Below are positions 51,911-63,742 of a DNA stretch of 64,000 nucleotides, piece after piece. A model generated the notes under the pieces. It made no database searches. It saw only the letters and a list, made by a program, of their open reading frames with translations, and was not told the DNA's origin. Position numbers and translations under genes: made by a program. The stretch is taken from NCBI RefSeq assembly GCF_001194135.2, contig NC_069001.1, positions 31,228,943 to 31,292,942 of the forward strand. The letters are read 5' to 3'. How positions within the stretch are numbered: position 1 is the stretch's first letter; the number at the start of each line of letters is the position of its first letter. This DNA comes from Octopus bimaculoides. Taxonomy: Eukaryota.

Positions 51911-51981
51911 CGATTGCTTTCTGAAGATGAAGACGCCATAATAAATTCACGTGTCAAAAAAAAGTTCTTTTCAGACTGAGG
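51911..51981 (-). CDS. Candidate exon (71 nt), product unknown
   Basis: GGATTTCAG|CCTCAG...AATCG|GTGAGT; phase 0-2 reads PQSEKNFFLTREFIMASSSSESN; ATG in ATTATGG context. Confidence 0.25.
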
Positions 51982-52119
51982 CTGAAATCCATTTGTTGCA
52001 ATTATTTCACTTAGTATAAAGAATAGAGAAAGGATGGGGTGGGGGCGGTGCTTTTAGTTGCATTTCATTGTTTTGTTTTGTTTTACAAATTAGACAATAG
52101 ACAGAGAGAAGTGCAAGAT

Positions 52120-52370
52120 AATAAGGTGAAGAAGCAAAAGAAGAAGAAAAAGGAGCAGAAAAAGGAGAAAGAGAAGACGAAGAAGAAAGAGAAGGAGGAG
52201 GAGGAGAAGAAGGAAGAGAAGACGAAGAAGAAAGAGAAGGAAGAGGAGAAGAGAAGACGAAGAAAAAGAAGACGAAGAAAAAGAAAAAAGAGAAGAAAGA
52301 GGAAGAGGAGGAAGAAGAAGAAGAAGAAGAAAGAGGAGGAGGGGGAGGAGGAGGTGAAGAAAAAAAATGA
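52120..52370 (+). repeat. Almost pure polypurine (GAA/GAG/AAG) tract
   Basis: About 250 bp with only isolated pyrimidines. Confidence 0.95.
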
Positions 52371-52649
52371 TGACTTCTGGATTTGAATATGTGAAAAAGG
52401 GTATGACCATAAAATGGAACACGATATCCATGGAAACGGCCCATGAACGTTATTGTGGAATAGGACAATTCAAACCGGCAAACGAAACGTTGACGTCCAG
52501 ATATTTTGGTAGACAGTAATGAAGAACAATTGTGGTGCTTAATCGGTGTTACTTACCAATTTGATACAAGAATGGTACACAAAGAACGTGAGACAATAGA
52601 AAAATACGAAGACTTAAAATAGAAGCTTCACGGAATTTATAATTGCCAT

Positions 52650-52982
52650 AGGTGCAGGTGTGGTTATGTGGTAAGAAGCTTGCTTCCCATCCGCGTGGTT
52701 CCGAGTTCAGTCCCATTGTGTGGTACCTTGGGTAAGTGTCTTCTACTATAGCCACGAGCTTGCTAAAGCCTTGTGAGTGGATTTTTTTAGAGGGAAGCTG
52801 AAGGAAGCCCCTCGTATACGTATACGTATGTGTGTGTTGGTGTGTTTCCGTCCCTGTAAAATAAGTACCAGGTTTAAAAACCAGAGAAAAAAGCGCAGGG
52901 GTCGATTTGTTCCAGTAAATTCTTCAAAGCTGTGCCCTAGCATGGCCGCAGTCTAATGACTGAAGCAAGTAAAGAATAAAGA
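52650..52982 (+). mobile_element. SINE family A with internal deletion
   Basis: Head at 52650, tail ending GAAGCAAGTAAAGAATAAAGA. Confidence 0.85.
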
Positions 52983-53012
52983 TAAGATTCAGTTGTGATG
53001 TTATTATTTCAC

Positions 53013-53215
53013 CTGTAATAGTCGACTTAGCTGTCCTGATGTTACAGAAAGGCAAGTCGTTAAAACGATTGAAGATACTGGATATCGAAGCATACTTCTT
53101 GATTTTACAGAAAGGCTTTCTGCTTGACACAAGGATGAAGAGAAAGGCGTTAAAGACCTACGGGAATGTCGTTTATTATCGAATAAGCCAATACCGGTAG
53201 AGCAACAACGAAACC
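53013..53215 (-). CDS. Candidate exon (203 nt), product unknown
   Basis: ATTCCTTTCGTTCATTCAG|GG...TTACAG|GTGAAA; only the phase 1-0 frame is open (FRCCSTGIGLFDNKRHSRR...GQLSRLLQ). Confidence 0.3.
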
Positions 53216-53845
53216 CTGAATGAACGAAAGGAATAATGATATATGTGTAAACGGGCATTCTCGAATCTTACAGTAAATGTAAAATTACTTCATAGATTTA
53301 TGTTAAAAGAAAAATTACATTACAGATTCGTAGTCAGAAAGAAAGAGAGAAATTTATGACACGAAATCGCTGTCTTTATTTCAAAAGGTCAGAGAGTTAT
53401 GTACAGTTTAAAACAGCTAAATCAGGGGTCAGTTTATCAGAAATTCAAAATTAGCCATTTACATAGCGCAACTTTTGTCTGTCATTGATTCAGAGCTATA
53501 ATTTTGTTAAACACTGACCTCTTTCGGTCTCAAAATTCCAATAATGGGTTTTAGCCAGTTATTTAACACAACTATTGTCTGTTGTTGATGTACTGCTATA
53601 ACATTGCTTCGTACCACTGTCAGACATCTTTCGAGCTTTCGCTCTCAAAATTCCAATAATAGGTTTTTTTATAGGGACAATGATGAGAGTAATTAACTTA
53701 ACGCATCCTTCCTGATCACTTATAACCGAAAATGCATTCGCTTCAGCGTGATCTTTTTCGCAGCAGATCAGTGTCGGAACACGAGTCCCGATGTAAAATT
53801 TTCTACGTGTATTACAACTTATAAAGTCTACTGTGCTTTCTCAAG

Positions 53846-53999
53846 CCTGAACAGGAAGGACCTGGCTACGTTGGAGAAGTTGTCGATCCCTGATTCCTCT
53901 GATTGGCCACCTGAGACGAGCACGGCAGACATCTTCGTTCCTTGTATCACTGGAATCTACCATGTTGATGATGTTGAAATGTCTGAAAGAAAAATTTTG
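53846..53999. other. Coding-like, GC-elevated non-repeat segment; strand unresolved
   Basis: Plus: TTTCTCAAG|...TTG|GTGCGT, open (LNRKDLATLEKLSIPDSSDWPPETSTADIFVPCITGIYHVDDVEMSERKIL). Minus: strong acceptor TTTTTCTTTCAG| at 53982 with the codon-aligned frame open for 46 codons. Confidence 0.3.
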
Positions 54000-54210
54000 G
54001 TGCGTTGCGTATAACGTTGCGTCAAAGCGTGCGTCTTTCATATATAACCGGCGCGCTAAATATAAAAATACATTCGTACCTATACATCAGATACATAAAC
54101 ATAATATATACATAGACATACGTTTGCATATATTTATAAACGGGGAGAATTATAGCTATTTCCCCGTAGATTCAAAAACATTGAAGTACAACCTCCATCC
54201 ATTTTCGAAT

Positions 54211-54298
54211 CAGCCACTTGCACGTTAATTTCACGAGTAGACTGTTACGTTGATCGGATCAACTGGAACGCTCGTCGTCGTAACCGACGGAGAGCCAG
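54211..54298 (+). mobile_element. 5'-truncated SINE family C tail
   Basis: Matches 37985-38065. Confidence 0.85.
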
Positions 54299-54322
54299 TT
54301 ACATACATACATGAAAAAGAGC

Positions 54323-55220
54323 CTTGACCTAGTTACAACATTCTTAAAGGATGTAGGATTGGAGTTTGATCAGGATAAATGTTGTAATGTGGTTGTGAAA
54401 AGGGGGAAACTATAAACCAGACTAGTAACATCTCCATCAATGATTTGACTGTTTCCCCTGTATTTGACGAGGAATATTACAGGTATCTATGGGTGGATGA
54501 AAATATATCTTACAGTGGCACTTGTAACAAAACACATGTCACTAAAGAATATTACAGCTGAATAAAGAAAATTTGGACCTTAGAACTCTCTGCATTCAAT
54601 AAAACAGTGGCCCACAATGTGTTTGCAGTACCAGTACTCGTACCAACATTTGGGCTGCTTGACTGGGTGCCTGATGAGATCCGAACCATTGATGTAGAAA
54701 CCCAAAAAATACTAAGAAGCAGACATAATTTCCACATAAACAGTGATGTAGACCGCCTCTACCTAAAGCGAAAACAAAGTGGAAGAGGCTTAAAATCGAT
54801 CCAAAATGTCTTTGAATGTCGCATCATATCCCTTCGGCAACATCCTTTAACCACCAAGTGTCGAAGTGTATCCCTTGACCAAGTTTGCATACATGAGGCT
54901 GATAACATCATAAGACTTGGAAGGCAGCTCCTTGAGCAACACTCTTTGTCTGATAACCTAGAATACATGCCCGAAGAAGTCGCACGACTCTACCGCAGCG
55001 TATCATCAGATGAAAAATGAGCCTATACGAACAGAAGACTATGCATGGATATTTTACTCGAAAGCTCCTTGATGATAGTAACATCGATCATCAAAGCAGT
55101 TTATCAAAGACCAATTGCCGGATTACTACCTCCCACTTTGAAGGGTACGCGTTTGCAATCCAGGAACAGGAAATATCAACCAAGTACCTGATGCACAAAA
55201 GGGATAGAGATGCAGATAAA
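54323..55220 (+). mobile_element. R4/Dong-clade non-LTR retrotransposon ORF fragment (RT thumb to pre-zinc-knuckle)
   Basis: FLKDVGLEFDQDKC...YRYLWVDEN...KIWTLELSAFNKTVAHNVFAVPVLVPTFGLLDW...NFHINSDVDRLYLKRKQSGRGL...MHGYF...AIQEQEISTKYL; one internal stop and two frameshifts. Confidence 0.9.
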
Positions 55221-55377
55221 AACCAGTTCTTTCTGTATTGGCAAGAAATCTTGAAATAATGACACATATTTGTATCATTATATTATGATTTTGTATATCT
55301 GTGTGTATGTTAGGGAAGGATGTATACGTGGATATATATACACACACACACACGCACACACATACAAATACATACAT

Positions 55378-55437
<60 letters not shown>

Positions 55438-56251
55438 NNNNNNNNNNNNNNNNNNNNNNNNNNNNNNNNNNNNNNNNNNNNNNNNNNNNNNNNNNNNNNN
55501 NNNNNNNNNNNNNNNNNNNNNNNNNNNNNNNNNNNNNNNNNNNNNNNNNNNNNNNNNNNNNNNNNNNNNNNNNNNNNNNNNNNNNNNNNNNNNNNNNNNN
55601 NNNNNNNNNNNNNNNNNNNNNNNNNNNNNNNNNNNNNNNNNNNNNNNNNNNNNNNNNNNNNNNNNNNNNNNNNNNNNNNNNNNNNNNNNNNNNNNNNNNN
55701 NNNNNNNNNNNNNNNNNNNNNNNNNNNNNNNNNNNNNNNNNNNNNNNNNNNNNNNNNNNNNNNNNNNNNNNNNNNNNNNNNNNNNNNNNNNNNNNNNNNN
55801 NNNNNNNNNNNNNNNNNNNNNNNNNNNNNNNNNNNNNNNNNNNNNNNNNNNNNNNNNNNNNNNNNNNNNNNNNNNNNNNNNNNNNNNNNNNNNNNNNNNN
55901 NNNNNNNNNNNNNNNNNNNNNNNNNNNNNNNNNNNNNNNNNNNNNNNNNNNNNNNNNNNNNNNNNNNNNNNNNNNNNNNNNNNNNNNNNNNNNNNNNNNN
56001 NNNNNNNNNNNNNNNNNNNNNNNNNNNNNNNNNNNNNNNNNNNNNNNNNNNNNNNNNNNNNNNNNNNNNNNNNNNNNNNNNNNNNNNNNNNNNNNNNNNN
56101 NNNNNNNNNNNNNNNNNNNNNNNNNNNNNNNNNNNNNNNNNNNNNNNNNNNNNNNNNNNNNNNNNNNNNNNNNNNNNNNNNNNNNNNNNNNNNNNNNNNN
56201 NNNNNNNNNNNNNNNNNNNNNNNNNNNNNNNNNNNNNNNNNNNNNNNNNNN

Positions 56252-56295
<44 letters not shown>

Positions 56296-56597
56296 GGATG
56301 TATGTATATATATATTATTTATTTATAAATATATGTGCAGGTGTGTCTCTTGTGTGTTGTACTGGTTGTGTCTGTGCGTACGTGTGCGTGCGTGTATACA
56401 TGTGTGTGTACATATGTGTACATGCGTATGTGTGTGTGTGTGTGTGTGTATGCGCGTGTGTAATAACCTGGATTATACTGTGTGAATACCTGTCAAACTG
56501 TAACACGAAAACAGAGAAAGAGAACGTAGCTATCTTTCATATCTCTCTCTCTCTTTCTCTCTCTGTCTCTCTCTCTCTCTTTCTCTCTCTGTGTGTG

Positions 56598-56642
<45 letters not shown>

Positions 56643-57147
56643 NNNNNNNNNNNNNNNNNNNNNNNNNNNNNNNNNNNNNNNNNNNNNNNNNNNNNNNNNN
56701 NNNNNNNNNNNNNNNNNNNNNNNNNNNNNNNNNNNNNNNNNNNNNNNNNNNNNNNNNNNNNNNNNNNNNNNNNNNNNNNNNNNNNNNNNNNNNNNNNNNN
56801 NNNNNNNNNNNNNNNNNNNNNNNNNNNNNNNNNNNNNNNNNNNNNNNNNNNNNNNNNNNNNNNNNNNNNNNNNNNNNNNNNNNNNNNNNNNNNNNNNNNN
56901 NNNNNNNNNNNNNNNNNNNNNNNNNNNNNNNNNNNNNNNNNNNNNNNNNNNNNNNNNNNNNNNNNNNNNNNNNNNNNNNNNNNNNNNNNNNNNNNNNNNN
57001 NNNNNNNNNNNNNNNNNNNNNNNNNNNNNNNNNNNNNNNNNNNNNNNNNNNNNNNNNNNNNNNNNNNNNNNNNNNNNNNNNNNNNNNNNNNNNNNNNNNN
57101 NNNNNNNNNNNNNNNNNNNNNNNNNNNNNNNNNNATATATATGCACA

Positions 57148-57209
57148 CGAGTAGCCAAGCCGACCAAAGTCTTGTGAGTGTATCTGCTAGACAGAACCTG
57201 AAAGAAACC

Positions 57210-57241
<32 letters not shown>

Positions 57242-57352
57242 GAGAGAGAGAAAGAGAGAGTCTGTGTTTGTTCCCCCAACATCGCTTGACAACCGATGCT
57301 GGTGTAACTTAGCGGTTCGGCAAAACAAAACGATTGAATAAGTCCTAGGCTT
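57148..57352 (+). mobile_element. SINE family A central part
   Basis: CCGACCAAAGTCTTGTGAGTG, microsatellite, CATCGCTTGACAACCGATGCTGG...TAAGTCCTAGGCTTAC. Confidence 0.8.
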
Positions 57353-57500
57353 ACGCTGAATACTTTGTAATATTAAGAATTAAAATTTATAGATTATACA
57401 TTATAAATATGACTTAGTATATATAGAAGGTGAAAAAGAATATATATACGTTTTCAACTTACGGAGCACCAAATTTCCGTGACTTCACAGTATGGTGGCC

Positions 57501-57532
<32 letters not shown>

Positions 57533-57534
57533 TT

Positions 57535-58150
57535 CGGCACATGATGAGCATTTATGAACGGGAGAGTATTTTATATCATTGATCCCAGTTCTTGATTGGT
57601 ACTTTATTTTATCGAACCTGGAATGGTGAAAAAGTAAAACTGACGTACTGCGGGATTTGAACTCAAAAATTTGAGCCAGAACGTATACTACAAGTAATTT
57701 TTTCTGACGCTCTAATGATTCTGCTAACTCGCGACAATATAACATTTGTTTCTAAGGCACACACAAATGGAGGCACGTGACTTAGTTGTTAGGGGTGTTT
57801 GGATTCGTGATCGTAAGATTGTGGTTTCGATTTCTGGGCCAAACGATGCGTTGCATTCTTGAGCAAAACACTTCATTTCACGTTGCCCCAGTCCATTCAG
57901 TTGGCAAAAAATGAGTAATCCTTCGACGGACAGGCGTCCCATCAAGGGGGAAATTTTCAGACGCCAAAGAATCCATGAAACCGACCTTATGAGTCTATAT
58001 GACTTCGGAAGGGACTTTATCCGCCTTTTCTGAGGCACGAGGACAGGAGTTGCAAAGGAAGAAAGAAAGGTGAAATTGACCTTTGAACTGAGAACGTAAA
58101 TAGCCAGAAGATATACTTCTTCAGGTTACAACGATTTTACCAGCTTGCGA
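57535..58150. mobile_element. SINE cluster: family B (-) 57535-57735, family D (+) 57768-58020, family B (-) 58050-58150
   Basis: Motif matches to 59018-59234 and 49425-49675. Confidence 0.75.
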
Positions 58151-59017
58151 ACCTAATAATAATAATAATAATAGCAAGTTTAACGTCTAAATTAATAACG
58201 TCTCATTATGTTTTTTTCCTTCTTTACCGCAGCGGCCATTATCAGTCTTCTCTTATTTTTAGGCATGAATGAAGCTTTTAAATAATTAAGTGTAATCATA
58301 GGTAAAAATCAAATAATGCTAATTTGCAATAAGTACGTCCATGCTGGTGGCCAAGAGGTGAATATCGAACTGTCTGACTTCTTTTAAATGGTGTTAAACG
58401 TTTGTGGCATTGGGTGTTAAATGGTTGTGACATGTAGTGTTAAACGGTTATGAAATGTGGCAACAAGCAAGTGAAATGAAGTGGACAGCTTTCTTTCTTT
58501 CTGTCAGCTTATGAATTTTAAATAGTGCTAATTTCAAAATCGCAGAAATCGAAGATTTTTGCGCAGAAATCTAGCGATACTAGAAACTTTCAGGCACCAA
58601 TTGCAACTGAATTAATCGGGGGCGGAGGTTAGTTTAACAGACGTATAAGTTAAGCGGTCAGGATAAATTGAAGAAGTCTTTAATGTTTCGAACCTATGCT
58701 GAGATGAGAAGACAAAACAGATGAAAGAAGACAAATGGAGAAAGAACATGTCTGAAATACGCATTTGGAAAACTATAGGCATATCTTGGAATCCCTTGGT
58801 AAATAACAAAATCAAAAGAATTATTTTCTACTGTTACTGTTGAAACATCGATTTTCCGGACTCTTTGGTTCCAAAGCCATTCCAGACTACTGAGTTTTTC
58901 CCACCAAGGGTGGTCACTTCTAAGTTAAATAAATATAAATTCTACTTAAATCATTAAATGAAATACTGCTACTTGTACTTTAATATTAGTGCGATCCTTC
59001 GGTATTGGTGTACAGAA

Positions 59018-59234
59018 AAAGGCGGCGGGTTGGCAGAAAAGTTAGCACACCGGGCGAAATGCTTAGCGTTATTTCGTCTGTCTTTGCGATCTGAGTTCAA
59101 ATTCCGCCGAGATCGACTTTGCCTTTCATCCTTTCGGGGTCGATAAATTAAGTACCAGTCGCGTACTGGGGTCGATCTAATAGACTGGCCCCCTCCCCTA
59201 AAAATTACGAGCTTTGCACCTAGAGTAGAAAAGC
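59018..59234 (+). mobile_element. Full-length young SINE family B with 15-bp TSD
   Basis: TATTGGTGTACAGAA at 59003-59017 and 59235-59249. Confidence 0.95.
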
Positions 59235-59253
59235 TATTGGTGTACAGAATGTT

Positions 59254-59360
59254 GGTATTAGGAGACGACGTCATTCACTCTCTTTTCTAGCCTAGCCTCT
59301 TTATCTATGTCATGAGAGTAGCTCGAATGAGTGAATGATGTCGTCTGCCAATACCGAAGG
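59254..59360. repeat. Short inverted-repeat element (27-bp arms)
   Basis: GGTATTAGGAGACGACGTCATTCACTC vs GAGTGAATGATGTCGTCTGCCAATACC. Confidence 0.8.
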
Positions 59361-59724
59361 AATGCCGGTGCAAGTTTATTATTAATATACGATGCAAAAT
59401 ACTGAGAAACAGGACCGCTCAGTAAATTAGTCAGGCGGTCACGGGGATTTGATGTTCCTGCTCATAAATTAGTGCGGATTATTATAAGTTCCGGATCGAC
59501 CATGTCCGGAATGTTGGTTTTGTACCTGTACTATAATTAATCAGGGCTTTTATATTAAAATTAAGAGTACGGTAAGCGTTTATGGTGCGAAGTAAATACG
59601 CATTAATTGAGAGATGTCGTTATTTATCTTATAGGGTACACCTGGGCACAGAAATGGCTAACAGATGTTTCCACACTCCTCAATAGCCTTCCGTACACGA
59701 GATATATGATAGAATATTTTACTC

Positions 59725-59960
59725 GTTTCAGAATTTGGATTACGGCCATACTGGGGCACTTCCTTCACAGGTTTAGTCGAACAAAATTATTTTCAAAAGT
59801 CTGGTACTTATCCAATCGATGCGTTTTGCCTAGTTCCGCTAAACAAACCAACACCGGTTGTCAAACAGGTGGGGTTGTATATACAAACACAAAGACACAT
59901 ACACATATACGGCAGGATTCCACACAGTTTCCTCTGCCAGATTCACTCACAATGCATCGA
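59725..59960 (-). mobile_element. SINE family A (partial)
   Basis: Tail and central motifs reversed. Confidence 0.75.
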
Positions 59961-60019
59961 TCAGAGTAGACCAGGGAATATTAGTGGCTAAGAGGAGCTT
60001 TCTCATTCCTCAGAAGCCT

Positions 60020-60560
60020 TTATCTCTCTCTACCTCTCTCTTTCCTACAATTTCATTCCCACTTGGCCCCTTCTCTCTCTTCCACTCCCTCTATCTCTCT
60101 TTCACTCTTTCACTCTCATTGTCTTTCTATCTTCCTACTATCTTTCTTTCTCTTTCTCCCCATCTATCTATCTTTCACTCTCTCTCTGTCATTGTCTTTT
60201 ATCTTTCCCACTCTCTCTTCCTTTCTCTCGCTCCCTCTTTCACTTTTCTCTCTCTGTTTCTCTCATTGTCTTTCTATCTTTCCCACTAGCTCTCTCTTCC
60301 TCTCTTTCTTTCATTCTCTCTTTCATTGCCTTTTTATCTTTCCCAGTCTCTCTCTCTCTCTCACTATCTCTCTCTCTCTCATTGCCTTTCTATCATTCTC
60401 ACCCTCTCTTCTCTCTCTCTCTCACTCTCTCTCTCACTCTCTCTCTCACTCTCTCTCTCGCTCTCACTCTCACTCTCTCTTTCACTCTCTCTCTCACTCC
60501 CTCTCTCACTCCCTCTCCCTCTCTCTCTACTCTCCCTATTCCTCTTTTCCACTCTGAAAA
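60020..60560. repeat. Long (CT)-rich polypyrimidine tract
   Basis: About 540 bp of degenerate CT/CTCA repeats; similar tract at 61280-61520. Confidence 0.95.
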
Positions 60561-60697
60561 CTATTCTTGATCGTGCTACTATAGTCAATCAACTTGTAAG
60601 TGTCTTCCAATCAAGCAATATCAACAACAGCATCAACAACAACAATAACAGCATCGACACCATAACCACTACCAAAAACAACAATAGCAATAATAAC

Positions 60698-60735
<38 letters not shown>

Positions 60736-61682
60736 TAATAACAATAATAATAACCATTACCACTAACAACAACAACAACAACAGCACGGGCAGCAGAAAG
60801 AGACAACACATAATCAAATGAGGCTAATTATGACTACCTCTGTCGGTACAATTAGTAATAAGAATTTTAGCTTAAAGACAATGGAAAACAATTACATCGG
60901 TGTCAAAAGCCGACCCATATCCTATTTAGCTGTCAAGACGCTGGCTATTATTAAAAGCCGCTCAATTTATGAACTCAAGTAAACTAAGAGGTTGACTTTT
61001 AACTCCCTTGCCCCACCATCCACTCCACACATCCTCTTCTTTCTCTTTCTCTATCGAATAATAATAATAATAATAATAATAATGATAATAATAATGATAA
61101 TAATAATGATAGGCTGTTTGGGTTTTGTCTTTTGGTTTCTGGTTTTGCTTTCGACTAGTATTCGAGATTAAAACTATGGACAAAACATGATCTTATTTAT
61201 GGCGTTTAAACGTACCACTAATCACTTGGTTGTAAATAATTTCAGACCAATAAACTTAACATTTCGTTGAAAAGTTTCCCCCCTCTCTCTCTCATTCTCT
61301 CTCTCTCTATCTCTATCTCGCTTTCATTCTCTCTCTGTCTCTCTATCGCTTTCTTTCTCTCTTACTCACTCTCTCATTTTCTGTCTACCTATCTATCTCG
61401 TTCTCTCTCTCTCATTCTCTCTCTCTCTCGCTCTCATTCTTTCTCTGTGTATCTATCTCTTTCTCTCTGTCTATCTCTCTTTACCTATCTTTCTCTCTCT
61501 CTTTCTCTTTCTCCTGCTTCGTCGTGTATACAGAAGTTATGCACGCACGTATGTACGTACGTGCGGATGAATGTAATGTAGTGCTTGCATTTATATATGT
61601 ATGCATGTACGCATGTGTATATGTGTGTGCGCGTGTGTGTATACGTAATATAATTATGCAATGCTGCAACGTTGTGAGTATT

Positions 61683-61715
<33 letters not shown>

Positions 61716-61989
61716 GTGTATGTGTGTAGTTCAAATGTAAAGAAAATAAAAGACACAAACAAGTGAGGGAACAACAAGCTGGTCTATTAGGTTGACACTC
61801 AGAGAGAATACAAAAGTCTCTGACGTTTCGGACCTACGCTCGCTGACAGAAAGGGAAAAAATGGAGAACGAAGAAACAGAGAGAAAAAAAAAATGTGTAG
61901 GGATTCCCGGTTTCTTAACCGAATCTGTTTTGCTGTCCAACATTGACCCATTATCCTTATGAAGTTGGGGTCAGTTGCTTTATCTGATT

Positions 61990-62360
61990 GCCTGATATGT
62001 TCGAACTGTACAAATACTGCCTATGTTCACAAATATCCTGTATTTGATAGTTGGTTGTGCTAGAGCTGTACACGTACACTGTATGTCTATTACTGGTTAT
62101 CAGTCAGGAAATATTTTTGATATTATTTGCCTCACGTATGCTGATTTGATTTTGGTCAAAGAATGCAATACGAGTCCAGTTGGTTTTCCGATGATGTCGA
62201 AGTGATATGATGCGACATGTAAATGTTATTTGAATCATAGGGCACACACTACAGCGACCCTCCCTCGTTGTTTCCATTTATGGGATTCAGGTACATATTA
62301 CTATTGATGTGGAAATTTCTCGTGTTGGTCAGCAGTTTTCAGGTTTTAACAACAATAAAC
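61990..62360 (-). mobile_element. Second, older R4/Dong-clade fragment
   Basis: KT*KLLTNTRNFHINS...TFTCRIISLRHH...FDQ..IREANNI parallels ETQKILRSRHNFHINS...VFECRIISLRQH...LDQVCIHEADNI at 54700-54910. Confidence 0.7.
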
Positions 62361-63032
62361 AGGATCTAATCTAGCGTTAACTGGAATAGACCTAATACGT
62401 ATTGAAACCGTAGTCTATTTTAAGGCCATCACACGACATCTTAAGTGACATCTAGCGGAATTCACTCTGAAATCCCGAAACATATAGAATCATAGCCGCC
62501 ACTTTTCACTCCCGAAATAAGCGGTAAAAGCAAATAGGATTCTAGTTGTTACAACATAATTAAATATAAATTTGTCTTTCCTTGAATTAACAACACGTTA
62601 TAATAATTCAGACGTAATAATAATTTAAATTAAATATTATAAAATTCATAATTAGGAGGACTACAAATATGAATTAAAAAATGCTAACAATATATATATN
62701 NNNNNNNNNNNNNNNNNNNNNNNNNNNNNNNNNNNNNNNNNNNNNNNNNNNNNNNNNNNNNNNNNNNNNNNNNNNNNNNNNNNNNNNNNNNNNNNNNNNN
62801 NNNNNNNNNNNNNNNNNNNNNNNNNNNNNNNNNNNNNNNNNNNNNNNNNNNNNNNNNNNNNNNNNNNNNNNNNNNNNNNNNNNNNNNNNNNNNNNNNNNN
62901 NNNNNNNNNNNNNNNNNNNNNNNNNNNNNNNNNNNNNNNNNNNNNNNNNNNNNNNNNNNNNNNNNNNNNNNNNNNNNNNNNNNNNNNNNNNNNNNNNNNN
63001 NNNNNNNNNNNNNNNNNNNNNNNNNNNNNNNN

Positions 63033-63082
<50 letters not shown>

Positions 63083-63260
63083 CATGTATGTATGTTTCTG
63101 TGTAATGTTGCATTCTGAATAGAAGATAATGCAATGCCTTACATATTAATGTGTGAGAAAGTGTGTGTGTGTATTGTACAATGCATATTGCATAAATATG
63201 CTTCGTACAATATGTGTGTGTGCGCGTGTGTGCGCGCGTGTGTGTGGATGGATAGGTAGA

Positions 63261-63292
<32 letters not shown>

Positions 63293-63678
63293 TACATACA
63301 TACATACTTACATGCATACATACATACATACATACATACATGTATATATATACGGAAGTACAAACATGCATATGCAATATGCGCTCACACACGCAAATAT
63401 ATATATATATATAATGCTATGTATATTGTATATACATAAGCATGGTGTTATATATAGATAAAGAAATACATACATGCGTGCAGAAATACTTAATAACCTG
63501 CAATCAAAGCACGCCTGCAAGCGCACGCACACGTGTACGTATAACTATGGAACAGGTAAGATTAAAATTGAAGAACGCCAACATTAGCGAATTTGACACA
63601 ATTGAGAATTATATCTATTAGTTTCCAACCATTACTCGAATCGTAAGATTATATTCATCTACACACACACACACACAC

Positions 63679-63740
<62 letters not shown>

Positions 63741-63742
<2 letters not shown>

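Noticed and set aside
52039-52468. Lys/Glu-rich and Ser/Phe-rich ORFs
   Set aside because: Products of the GAA/GAG polypurine tract.
53860-54010. Loose resemblance of LSIPDSSDWPPETS...ERKILVRC to CDK subdomain X-XI (GxP...WP)
   Set aside because: The invariant Gly and neighbouring kinase motifs are missing; similarity too weak to name a gene.
58597-58626. CCAAT plus GGGGCGG box pair
   Set aside because: Short motifs with no CpG-island or transcript context.
61816-61850. Further hammerhead-like strings here and at about 8495-8515 (+) and 28255-28290 (-)
   Set aside because: CUGANGA core broken or stem I unpairable; at most decayed relics.
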